In this document: positions 17,525 to 25,392 of the stretch, piece by piece
How positions within the stretch are numbered: position 1 is the first letter of the stretch
Layout of the letters: each line of letters begins with the position of its first letter
Assembly: GCF_001298445.1 (NCBI RefSeq)
Contig: NZ_CP012036.1
Coordinates: forward strand, 2,401,650-2,433,649
DNA length: 32,000 nt
Direction: 5' to 3'
Origin: Nostoc piscinale CENA21
GTDB taxonomy: Bacteria; Cyanobacteriota; Cyanobacteriia; Cyanobacteriales; Nostocaceae
Notes under the pieces: generated by a model
What the model saw: the letters and a program-made list of their open reading frames with translations, nothing else
Databases searched by the model: none
Told to the model about the DNA's origin: nothing
Made by a program: the position numbers and the translations under genes

Positions 17525-20143
17525 TTGCAGCGTGGTAACTATGTGGCAATATCAGGAATGGGAGGTGTAGGTAAAACTGAACTTGCCACCCAATACGCCA
17601 AACAATATCAAAATAATTATGGCGGAATAACTTGGTTTAATGACAGAGCCAGTAATCTCGCGGCTGAAGTATTGGGGTTTTTTATCCAACTTGGTTTCGA
17701 GATTCCCCAAGAACAAGGCGGGAGACTGTTAACCCTACAAGAACAAGTTGCTTGGTGTTGGTTGCAATATCCCCAAGCTGACTTACCTATATTAATAGTC
17801 TTTGATGATGTCACTAGCTTAGACAACTTGCGCGAAGTTGTTCCTAGCGATAACCGCTTTCGTGTTTTGGTGACAACTCGCCTGCGAAATTTAGATCCAA
17901 ACTTTATTCAAGAGATTCCCTTAGATGTTCTCTCACCAGAGAAAGCATTAAAACTGTTAAAAAAATTGTTGGGGAAAGACAGGCGAGTAGACAACCAACC
18001 AGAAGCCGCAGACGCAATATGTGAATTTTTAGAATATTTGCCTTTGGGGATAGAGTTAGTCGGTGCTTACTTAGCACAAGACCCAGATTTACATCTATAT
18101 ATAATGTTGGAGCGATTGCAACAACGCAAGTTAGCCGAAGCAGCTTTACAAGACAGGGAAACTCTCAACTCAACCCAACTGGGAGTGAAAGCCGCCTTTG
18201 CTTTAACTTGGGATGAACTAGAACCACTGACGCAACAACTAGGCAAATTTTTGAGTTTATTTGCGCCCCAGTCAATTTTTTGGGATTTGGTGATTGTGGT
18301 GGCGACGGATGCAGAGAAAACAGAAGATGAAAATGAGGAAGAAACAAGACGGCTAATGTGGACAGAAGATGAATTAAACAATGCGAAGAAGCAATTATAC
18401 AAGCATCACTTGCTGCAACAGGTAGAAGACAGCAAAGGATATTTTTATAAAATACATGCTTTAGCACGGTGGTTCTTGCAAAAGCAATTAGCCGATGCTG
18501 GCGAGATGAAACTAGTTTTAGAAAAAACTTTTGCTATAAAAATGATAAATCTTGCCCTACGGCTTCCCCAATCACCCACTTCTAAAGATATTGAATTTTT
18601 CAGTGTTGTTGTTCCCCATTTAGAAGACATAGGAAACCGTATAATTGTAGAAATAAACCAAGCAGATAAAAAACAGATAGTTTCGCCGGTATCAGTTCCT
18701 AATGAGCAAGTAATTAAAATATTTATTGGAGTGAAAAGATTTTATGAGGAACAAGGACTATATCAATTAGTAGAAACTTGGTGTCAAAAATGCGTCAATG
18801 TTTGCCAAGCTTTATTCACAGGCGATCATCCCGATGTTGCTATCAGCTTGAATAATTTAGCCGGAATCTACGATAACCAAGGGCGCTACAGCGAAGCTAA
18901 ACCTTTGTACATCGAAGCCTTAGCAATGAGAAAGCGTTTATTCACAGGCGATCATCCCAATGTCGCAACTAGCTTGAACAATTTAGCCGTACTCTACGAA
19001 AGACAAGGGCAGTACAGAGAAGCTGAACCCCTCTTCATTGAAGCCTTAGCGATGAAAAAGCGTATATTCACAGGCTATCATCCCGATGTCGCAATTAGCT
19101 TGAACAATTTAGCCGCACTCTACAAAAGCCAAGGGCAGTACAGAGAAGCTGAACCCCTCTTCATTGAAGCCTTAGCAATGTATAAAAGTTTGCCTGTCAG
19201 AGATCATTCTGTTGTCGTCATTAGCTTAAACAATTTAGCTGAACTCTACCATAGCCAAGGACAATACAGAGAAGCCGAACTCCTCTATCTTAAAGCCTTA
19301 GCTATAACAAAGCGTCTGTCTGTCCACGACCTTACCCAGGTTGCCGCTAGCTTGAATAATTTAGCTAACCTCTACAGTGACCAAGGACGGTACAGAGAAG
19401 CTGAACCTTTGTACATTCAAGCCTTGACTATAACAAAGTGCTTGTTTGTCGCCGACCATCCTCATGTCGCAATTAGCTTGAACAATTTAGCCGCGCTCTA
19501 CTACAACCAAAAGCGGTACAGCGAAGTCGAACCCTTTTTTATTGAAGCCTTAGCGATGACAAAGCGTATATTCACAGGCGATCATCCCGATGTCGCAATT
19601 AGCTTGAACAATTTAGCTTACCTCTACAGTGACCAAGGGCGATACAGTGAAGCCGAACCTTTGTACATTCAAGCCTTGGCGATGTACCAGCGTATATGCA
19701 CAGGCGACCATCCCAATGTCGCTCTCAGCTTGAACAATTTAGCCGGAATCTACGATAACCAAGGGCGATACAGTGAAGCCGAATCTTTGTACATTCAAGC
19801 CTTGGCGATGAGAAAGCGGTTATTCACAGGCGATCATCCCGATGTCGCAACTAGCTTGAACAATTTAGCCGGACTTTACAAAAGCCAAGGGCGGTACAGC
19901 GAAGCCGAACCTTTGTACACTGAAGCCTTGGCGATGTTGCAACGGGTGTTAGGGGATAATCATCCCAATACAGTGACAGTGAGGAACAATCTAGCAATTC
20001 TGCAACGCCAGTTAACTCCTGTTCCTATTTGGCAAACTTGGTTAAGTTGGTTGTTCCAATTATTATTAGGTATATTAATTTTACCGTTTTATTTATTGTG
20101 GCAACTAGCTAAAAAAATAATAAAATTAATTCGTAATTCGTAA
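17525..20143 (+). CDS. NB-ARC/TPR protein (largest intact ORF of the STAND gene)
   Basis: Walker A GMGGVGKTELA, Walker B LIVFDDV, then RVLVTTR and LPLGIELVG. Nine 42-aa SLNNLA..Y..QG.Y.EAEPL repeats. C-terminal hydrophobic WLSWLFQLLLGILILPFYLLW. The TTG start is probably not the true N-terminus. Confidence 0.8.
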   Translation: MQRGNYVAISGMGGVGKTELATQYAKQYQNNYGGITWFNDRASNLAAEVLGFFIQLGFEIPQEQGGRLLTLQEQVAWCWLQYPQADLPILIVFDDVTSLDNLREVVPSDNRFRVLVTTRLRNLDPNFIQEIPLDVLSPEKALKLLKKLLGKDRRVDNQPEAADAICEFLEYLPLGIELVGAYLAQDPDLHLYIMLERLQQRKLAEAALQDRETLNSTQLGVKAAFALTWDELEPLTQQLGKFLSLFAPQSIFWDLVIVVATDAEKTEDENEEETRRLMWTEDELNNAKKQLYKHHLLQQVEDSKGYFYKIHALARWFLQKQLADAGEMKLVLEKTFAIKMINLALRLPQSPTSKDIEFFSVVVPHLEDIGNRIIVEINQADKKQIVSPVSVPNEQVIKIFIGVKRFYEEQGLYQLVETWCQKCVNVCQALFTGDHPDVAISLNNLAGIYDNQGRYSEAKPLYIEALAMRKRLFTGDHPNVATSLNNLAVLYERQGQYREAEPLFIEALAMKKRIFTGYHPDVAISLNNLAALYKSQGQYREAEPLFIEALAMYKSLPVRDHSVVVISLNNLAELYHSQGQYREAELLYLKALAITKRLSVHDLTQVAASLNNLANLYSDQGRYREAEPLYIQALTITKCLFVADHPHVAISLNNLAALYYNQKRYSEVEPFFIEALAMTKRIFTGDHPDVAISLNNLAYLYSDQGRYSEAEPLYIQALAMYQRICTGDHPNVALSLNNLAGIYDNQGRYSEAESLYIQALAMRKRLFTGDHPDVATSLNNLAGLYKSQGRYSEAEPLYTEALAMLQRVLGDNHPNTVTVRNNLAILQRQLTPVPIWQTWLSWLFQLLLGILILPFYLLWQLAKKIIKLIRNS
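18811..19995 (+). repeat. 126-bp coding tandem repeats (about 9.5 units) encoding 42-aa TPR units
   Basis: The period is visible in both protein and DNA. For example, CAAGGGCAGTACAGAGAAGCTGAACCCCTCTTCATTGAAGCCTTAGC occurs identically at about 19003 and about 19129. Confidence 0.85.
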
Positions 20144-20275
20144 TCTCTCTTTAATCATATCCAGTCCACTCAATCACTTATAATATATCCGCCGCGAGTG
20201 CAACGAAGTGGAACGACGCGATCGCAAAAACTCTGCAATTACTTTACTTCGCTATCGCTTTGTTCGTATAAATTT

Positions 20276-20587
20276 TCAACTTTGAATTGGTTGCACACTC
20301 AGGCGATAGCCGAGATGATGCAGAATAAGGCTGATGGTTCGCAGTTCGGGGTTGCCTTCTGGCGACAAAACCTGGTAAAGATTCTGGTGGTTCAAACCCG
20401 TTTTTTCCGCAAGGCGCGTCATCCCTTCCCGTGCTTCCACCACGTTTCGCAGTGCTTCCAGAAAAAACGCAATATCGCCATCCTGCTCGTACTCTTCAAG
20501 AGCAACATCCAGGTAAGCCTTTGCCATTTCCGGGTTCTGCATCTGCTCAAACACAATCTCGTCATGGTTTCTCAGTTTCTTGCTCAT
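20276..20587 (-). CDS. HigA-like antitoxin (TIGR02684 / HI1420-type addiction module antidote, HTH)
   Basis: YLDVALEE..DGD..FFLEALRNVVEAREGMTRLAEKTGLNHQNLYQVLSPEGNPELRTISLILHHLGYRL matches the family pattern as I recall it. Confidence 0.8.
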   Translation of the reverse strand: MSKKLRNHDEIVFEQMQNPEMAKAYLDVALEEYEQDGDIAFFLEALRNVVEAREGMTRLAEKTGLNHQNLYQVLSPEGNPELRTISLILHHLGYRLSVQPIQS

Positions 20588-20925
20588 CCTGTTCCTCCTG
20601 ATAAGCCTGCCAATATTTTTTAGCTTTTTCTATGTCTTTATCTTGGCTATCCTTGTCGCCACCACACAAAAGAATTACCAGATCATTCGCAGATTCTCCA
20701 AAGTAAACGCGGTAGCCACTGCCAAAGAAAAACCTCAGTTCCAGCACGCCATCTCCAACTGACTTACAATCGCCGTAATTGCCCTGTTTAAGTCGCTCTA
20801 TCCGTCGGATTATCCTTGAACGGATCGTGTAGTCCTTAAAGTTTTCCAACCATTCGGTGTACGGCTCCTTGCCATCTTCTGTAGCGTAGACTTTTAGAGT
20901 TTTTTTGACGAACGATATCAGCCAT
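20562..20925 (-). pseudogene. HigB/RelE-like toxin (TIGR02683 / HI1419-type killer protein) with a 5' frameshift in an A7 run (T7 on the plus strand, 20900-20906)
   Basis: IRRIERLKQGNYGDCKSVGDGVLELRFFFGSGYRVYF..LLCGGDKDSQDKDIEKAKKYW is the family core. The in-frame upstream codons (KVYATEDGKEPYTEWLENF) lack an ATG, GTG or TTG start. ATG 20925 is 76 nt upstream, one nt out of frame. Confidence 0.7.
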
Positions 20926-21075
20926 AGTTTAATTATAAAACTTAGCTTAAAAGTATAAAAGGGATAGTTGTAGATGCGGCGATCGCTCTCATCAACAATA
21001 AAGATACGATGGTTTTGTGGTAGGCGATCGCAATGCTAACCTAGTTCATATCAAGACAAAATCAAAACAATATTT

Positions 21076-21372
21076 ATGAACCTTCCGCCCCAACTACAAG
21101 AAAATATTGAAAAATGGGCAAGTAGTCAGGGAATATCAACTGAGCAATTTATCTTGCAAGCCATTACAGAAAAAATTGCGACTCTCAGTCAGCAAAAACT
21201 AGCAGAAGAGACTCAACCCAACCTCAACCAAACAAACCTCTATCGCAAAGACGGAATCTTAGTTGTAGATGCAGAATTACCAGCAAACTTTGATATCAAT
21301 ACTTTTATAGATGAATTGAGAGAAGAACATTTTACTCGTTTGGGAAGAGTAGTTGTAGGTTGGGTGGAATGA
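21076..21372 (+). CDS. ribbon-helix-helix-type antitoxin-like protein; 3' end runs into a MITE
   Basis: N-terminal LPPQLQENIEKWASSQGISTEQFILQAITEKI resembles CopG/Arc-like antitoxins. The last ~11 codons (RLGRVVVGWVE*) are encoded by repeat B. No toxin gene follows. Confidence 0.5.
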   Translation: MNLPPQLQENIEKWASSQGISTEQFILQAITEKIATLSQQKLAEETQPNLNQTNLYRKDGILVVDAELPANFDINTFIDELREEHFTRLGRVVVGWVE

Positions 21373-21437
21373 AATGGAACCCAACATCATCAAAACTTTG
21401 TTGGGTTACGCTGTCGCTTCACCCAATCTACCATTTC
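21338..21437. mobile_element. MITE-like element family B (GTAGGTTGGGTG ... CACCCAAyCTAC), copy 1
   Basis: About 100 nt, nearly identical to 21830-21930, with internal inverted repeats GTAGGTTGGGTG / CACCCAATCTAC. Confidence 0.65.
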
Positions 21438-21536
21438 TGGTTTTTCATCAATAATCAAGATGTGATAGTTTTGCTGTAGGCGATCGCTGTTCGTAGATAG
21501 AATAAACTAAAGTGATTTCCAAACAAAAACATCATC

Positions 21537-21779
21537 ATGTCTTCGCTTCCTGTCAACGAAGCTCAAAAGCATTTACAACAGCTAATCGACCAAGTTACAG
21601 AACAAGGTAAACCTGTAATTATTCAAAGCGATCGCGGTAATACTATTCTGCTGTCAGAAAAAGATTGGTCTGCAATTCAAGAAACTCTCTACCTGTTATC
21701 TGTTCCTGGAATGCGAGAATCTATCAAAGAAGGACTAGCAACTCCGATTCAAGAATGCGATGAGGAATTGAATTGGTGA
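21537..21779 (+). CDS. Phd/YefM-family antitoxin
   Basis: VNEAQKHLQQLIDQV..GKPVIIQSDRGNTILLSEKDWSAIQETLYLLSVPGMRESI is the classic Phd/YefM pattern. Confidence 0.8.
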   Translation: MSSLPVNEAQKHLQQLIDQVTEQGKPVIIQSDRGNTILLSEKDWSAIQETLYLLSVPGMRESIKEGLATPIQECDEELNW

Positions 21780-21844
21780 GTTGGCATTTAGTTTACACAA
21801 AGCAAGCACAAAAAGATGCAAAAAAACTAGTTTGGAAAGAGTAG
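21776..21844 (+). pseudogene. YoeB/Txe-like toxin remnant (first ~18 codons only), truncated at a MITE junction
   Basis: GTG overlaps the antitoxin stop (GTGA). VSWHLVYTKQAQKDAKKL is a typical toxin N-terminus. The reading frame then enters repeat B at 21830 and stops at 21842-21844. No toxin sequence resumes after the repeat. Confidence 0.55.
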
Positions 21845-21930
21845 TTGTAGGTTGGGTGGAATGAAATGGAACCCAACATCATCAAAACTTTGTTGGGTTA
21901 CGCTGTTGCTTCACCCAACCTACCGTTTCT
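21830..21930. mobile_element. MITE-like element family B, copy 2
   Basis: Aligns with 21338-21437 with only a few mismatches. Confidence 0.65.
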
Positions 21931-22035
21931 AAATGTTTTGCGCCTCTGCGTGAGGAAAAAATCATCTCGTCAGCAACACCAAACATAAAAGCACAGATGC
22001 ACATTGTCACCTGTGTTTATTAATATATATCTGCG

Positions 22036-23625
22036 TCAAGCGAGATTCAACACCTTGCGTAACAGTGCTTGGTCTTCTATTTTGGCTTTGAGACGGCCAT
22101 TTTCCACATCTCGAATCCAGCTTTGACTTTTTCCGGTGAGTTTAGCTAATTCCCGTTGGGAGAGATTTAAATTTTTGCGGGCTTCTAAAATCTGTTCGCC
22201 AACTAAATCGCCTGTCAGTCTGACTCGTCTTCGGTTTTTGATAGTCCGTCGTTGCTTCTTTTCCGAGTCAGAAATTTGCTGTTCCCATTCTGGCGGTAAT
22301 TCAAATGACAAAATCCGCGCATTCATCAGCAGGTTCCACTTTCCACGGGGGCCGGAATCTGTCAAGCGGGTTTCACCACCACCATCGTTAATCCAAAATT
22401 CTAAAGCTTCGTCTGGATCTTCGGGTATCGCCATGAGTTTCGCCCACAATGGTTGAATTTCTGGCGGGTAAGTTACGGGGTCAAACATAGGTTTGATTCC
22501 CAAATGGTTCAACACTTCTAAGTCATTTTCAAATGTCCGCAGCAGTCGTTTGCGTTCTTCTCGCTGTCGGGAGGCTAAGGTGACTTTTTCTTCGCCATAA
22601 GCAATGCGTAACAAGGTAGGAACAGTGATGCGTTGTTCTCTACCCATCTTGGTTTTGAATAATAACCACAACATGAGTCGGACTGCGCCTTCGTGTTGTT
22701 GCCAAATACTCATAACGGTGGTTAACAAAGTTTTGGGCAAGCTACCGTATTGATAAAAGGCGGTGCGTTCTTTACAAGCTTGTTTGTTTAAGAAATACTG
22801 CGCCCAAACTCCGGCTTTAATTTTGAAGGTTAGCCCAACCAGGTATTTACATCCTATGTCATCTTCTTGGAAGTGGTGTTGAATATGAACTAAGTGCCAC
22901 AAGCGAGATTGAGTAACTGAAAATCCTTTGACGCGCCCTTGTTGCGGCCAGTCAATGGATATTAACAGTGAGCAAGCTTGTTGGACAAGATTTTTCATTA
23001 AGGTGAGTTTGGCAGTTTTACTTAAGTCTTTGCGCTTTTCTAGCCCCAAGTATTTCTCTATTTGCCGTTCATCTAGTGAAAATTCTTGTTCCCAAGGTTG
23101 TTCTAATGTTGTCGCGTAGGCGGCAAATATTAAATGGATACAAGCTGCCCTAATATCCATTGTCTCAATCGCTTCTAAATTAGTGATGCGATCGCTAACT
23201 TGAAAAGGATGTTGAATGTGAAAAGCAATTGAACCCTTGCCTTGGCTGACTTGTCGGCTGTAACATAAATATCCTTCTGCGTCATGTTCCCAATTTAAGG
23301 ATGTGCGTTGAGCCAATACATTACACGCTTCCCAAATTGCGATCGCTGAAGCAAAAGGGTTATTCTTCCCATTAGAAAATAAATCCGGGCTGGTAGCATC
23401 TCGCGGTTCGACTTTACATCTCCCCTTTTTTGCCTGCCAGGGTATGGGAGAATTTGTCGGACAAGCTATTACACATTGCGGTTCTGGATAATAGCCTTCA
23501 CAATTGTTACACAGACAAGGATCAATCCAATATTCATCGTCTTCTAACTGAATCGCACCCGTAGGACATTGGGGACGGCAGTTATCACATCCAACGCAAC
23601 TGTTGTTAGGAATTGTATACGGCAT
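22036..23625 (-). CDS. patB: PatB/CnfR-type transcriptional regulator (N-terminal bis-[4Fe-4S] ferredoxin-like domain, C-terminal XRE-type HTH)
   Basis: CVGCDNCRPQCP and CLCNNCEGYYPEPQCVIACP Cys clusters at the N-terminus. C-terminal LNLSQRELAKLTGKSQSWIRDVENG. About 530 aa, as in Anabaena PatB. I prefer the ATG at 23625 over the GTG at 23640. Confidence 0.8.
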   Translation of the reverse strand: MPYTIPNNSCVGCDNCRPQCPTGAIQLEDDEYWIDPCLCNNCEGYYPEPQCVIACPTNSPIPWQAKKGRCKVEPRDATSPDLFSNGKNNPFASAIAIWEACNVLAQRTSLNWEHDAEGYLCYSRQVSQGKGSIAFHIQHPFQVSDRITNLEAIETMDIRAACIHLIFAAYATTLEQPWEQEFSLDERQIEKYLGLEKRKDLSKTAKLTLMKNLVQQACSLLISIDWPQQGRVKGFSVTQSRLWHLVHIQHHFQEDDIGCKYLVGLTFKIKAGVWAQYFLNKQACKERTAFYQYGSLPKTLLTTVMSIWQQHEGAVRLMLWLLFKTKMGREQRITVPTLLRIAYGEEKVTLASRQREERKRLLRTFENDLEVLNHLGIKPMFDPVTYPPEIQPLWAKLMAIPEDPDEALEFWINDGGGETRLTDSGPRGKWNLLMNARILSFELPPEWEQQISDSEKKQRRTIKNRRRVRLTGDLVGEQILEARKNLNLSQRELAKLTGKSQSWIRDVENGRLKAKIEDQALLRKVLNLA

Positions 23626-24553
23626 AAAACTTCTTCCCACCTAATCGTTGAGATGTTTGGCTCAAGTCTCCCCCTGGATGTGTCCTGTTTATTTATCACT
23701 CGCAACCACATTAATTACCTAGCAAGAAGTAAATTTACTTGCTGCGATAATTGCCCACATCCATATTCAGACTTAGTATCCAAGTAGAGGCTCAATCAGG
23801 CTTTTCAGCCCAGCCGAATCTTTATTGTTCATTAACTATAAATTTCATAAATATTTAGATGATTTTGTTCATCATGAGCTTAGGAAATTTTCTTAAGCTT
23901 TCACATTTTTTTAACTAATAAACTTTAATGTTTGGCATCAAAACCTTAACCCAAGGATTTTTGCTGAATTTTTATACACACAATCATTTAGCATAATCCC
24001 ATTTATTAATAATTTTAATATTTAATATCAAGCTAACTGCTGCTACAAAAATCACATTTTTAACTGAAATGCTCAAGTTACCAGATTACTAATAACTTGG
24101 GCATTTTTATTGCTAAATAACAATACGTTGCTAATACAAATTGCAAATATATTTATGTAACTCAAGAACATAAGTTTTGTATAGTGATTTACTGTCTTTT
24201 TGATATCGGCTAAAAGCTGCAAAAGAATTGCATTATTAATCAAGGTAGTAATTAATTTCAAGGTAATTGATTTAACTAAATATAGGCAATTCAGATTTCC
24301 GATTTCTTGAAGGAGTCAGGAATATTGGTGTACACGAATAATTGACTACTAAAATTATTATCAAAAAAAAATAATATTTATTGCTATAGACTCTCATTTA
24401 AATCATCAAAATAAACCTAAAAATAGATAAAAAGTCATCAAACTTTAATGAAAGAAAAATTAATCGTTTCACAACAAAACAAAACAATTAGATTAAGTTA
24501 GTATGAAATTAAGTACAAACGATTAGATTGGCGAAATCGCCGAAGGTTTATTC

Positions 24554-24847
24554 ATGGCAACACTAACAGGATTGACATTTGGAGGTAAAACCTGGACACC
24601 TAAATTTGCCCAGGAGATTGACAAAGATAAATGTATCGGCTGTGGCAGATGTATTAAAGTGTGTGGGTATAGTGTGCTGGATTTAAAAGCACTCAATGAG
24701 GAAGGTGAATTTGTAGAAGATGAAGAAGATGATGAAATCGAGCGCAAAGTAATGGTAGTTGCTCATCCTGAGAACTGCATTGGTTGTGAAGCTTGTTCTC
24801 GGATTTGTCCTAAGAACTGCTACACCCACGCTGAATTAAACAACTAA
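24554..24847 (+). CDS. ferredoxin III-like (FdxN/FdxB-type) 2x[4Fe-4S] ferredoxin
   Basis: [62 protein letters not shown] matches the nif-associated ferredoxin III pattern. Confidence 0.8.
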   Translation: MATLTGLTFGGKTWTPKFAQEIDKDKCIGCGRCIKVCGYSVLDLKALNEEGEFVEDEEDDEIERKVMVVAHPENCIGCEACSRICPKNCYTHAELNN

Positions 24848-25392
24848 ATATTTGCGGAATGTTGAAAGTTGTTGTTTTGATAAGGGGGTACTCAGCAAGG
24901 TAAATTGAGGGGAATTGATCTAATTACTAGAACTGGTCAAAAAGTTCATAGTAAACAAATGCGTAAATTTTAAATTGTTACTTATTAACTAAATCATACT
25001 TGCTGCTATTTTGAATGTTAAAAATGAGAAATAATAGTACCCTCTGACAACAACTATTACTGCTTGTAGAACTAGAAGGTACTCTTGTCGAATTCATTAG
25101 AAATATTGTTAAGTTTTTGGGGGAAGGATCTGAAGAGATTTGGAAAATTCCCCCAAGTTTTACATTATGTAAGATACAACGTTAATAAGTAGAACTCAAA
25201 AGTCAAAAATCAAATATCGGCAGAATTTGATTATAAGCTTTTGTACTGATTTAAATGGTGAAGTTAGGTGTGTTACTGAAGGATCAAAAAATGAAGTTAC
25301 AAAGATAAATTTCATACTTCAGATTTCATACTAGCCTGCGGCAAATTGCTGCGCGTCTACACACTTCAAACTTCATACTTACAGGAGCTTTT

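Larger units (their letters stand above)
16975..20143 (+). pseudogene. STAND NTPase (N-terminal module + NB-ARC + KLC-type TPR array + C-terminal TM helix) interrupted by a +1 frameshift (A5 run 17074-17078) and an in-frame TGA (17411-17413)
   Basis: ATG 16975 opens MEPLTTAAIALGSVVATKALERTGEMVGETLWNKNW*. Removing one A joins it to ..KTGEFLVKLRKHSPN.. (the 17045-17413 ORF). The TGA is in frame with the 17525 ORF, and the 37 intervening codons encode IPRGSVHFVGRETEL, the motif that normally precedes the P-loop. Confidence 0.65.

Noticed and set aside
18067-18630. Three minus-strand ORFs of 61-111 aa inside the STAND gene
   Set aside because: They are Ser/Cys-rich, low-complexity shadow frames opposite a gene with clear NB-ARC motifs.
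20198-20623. 141-aa plus-strand ORF
   Set aside because: It is antisense to the well-supported higA/higB-like genes. It is a shadow ORF in a GC-richer segment with no recognisable motifs.
22136-23787. Plus-strand ORFs 22136-22456, 22928-23119 and 23569-23787
   Set aside because: The first two, and most of the third, lie antisense to patB/cnfR, whose Cys clusters and HTH strongly support the minus strand. The third continues into the AT-rich spacer.
24073-24747. Minus-strand ORFs 24073-24261 and 24523-24747
   Set aside because: The first lies in very AT-rich spacer DNA with codon-poor composition. The second is a Ser-rich antisense shadow of the ferredoxin gene.
23641-25392. NtcA boxes (GTA-N8-TAC) and heterocyst DIF motif (TCCGGA) upstream of patB, the ferredoxin gene and coxB
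   Set aside because: Scanning by eye gave only near-misses with the wrong spacing (for example GTATGAAATTAAGTAC at about 24501, and GTAGAACTAGAAGGTAC at about 25066). I found no exact match. A PWM scan is needed before any claim.
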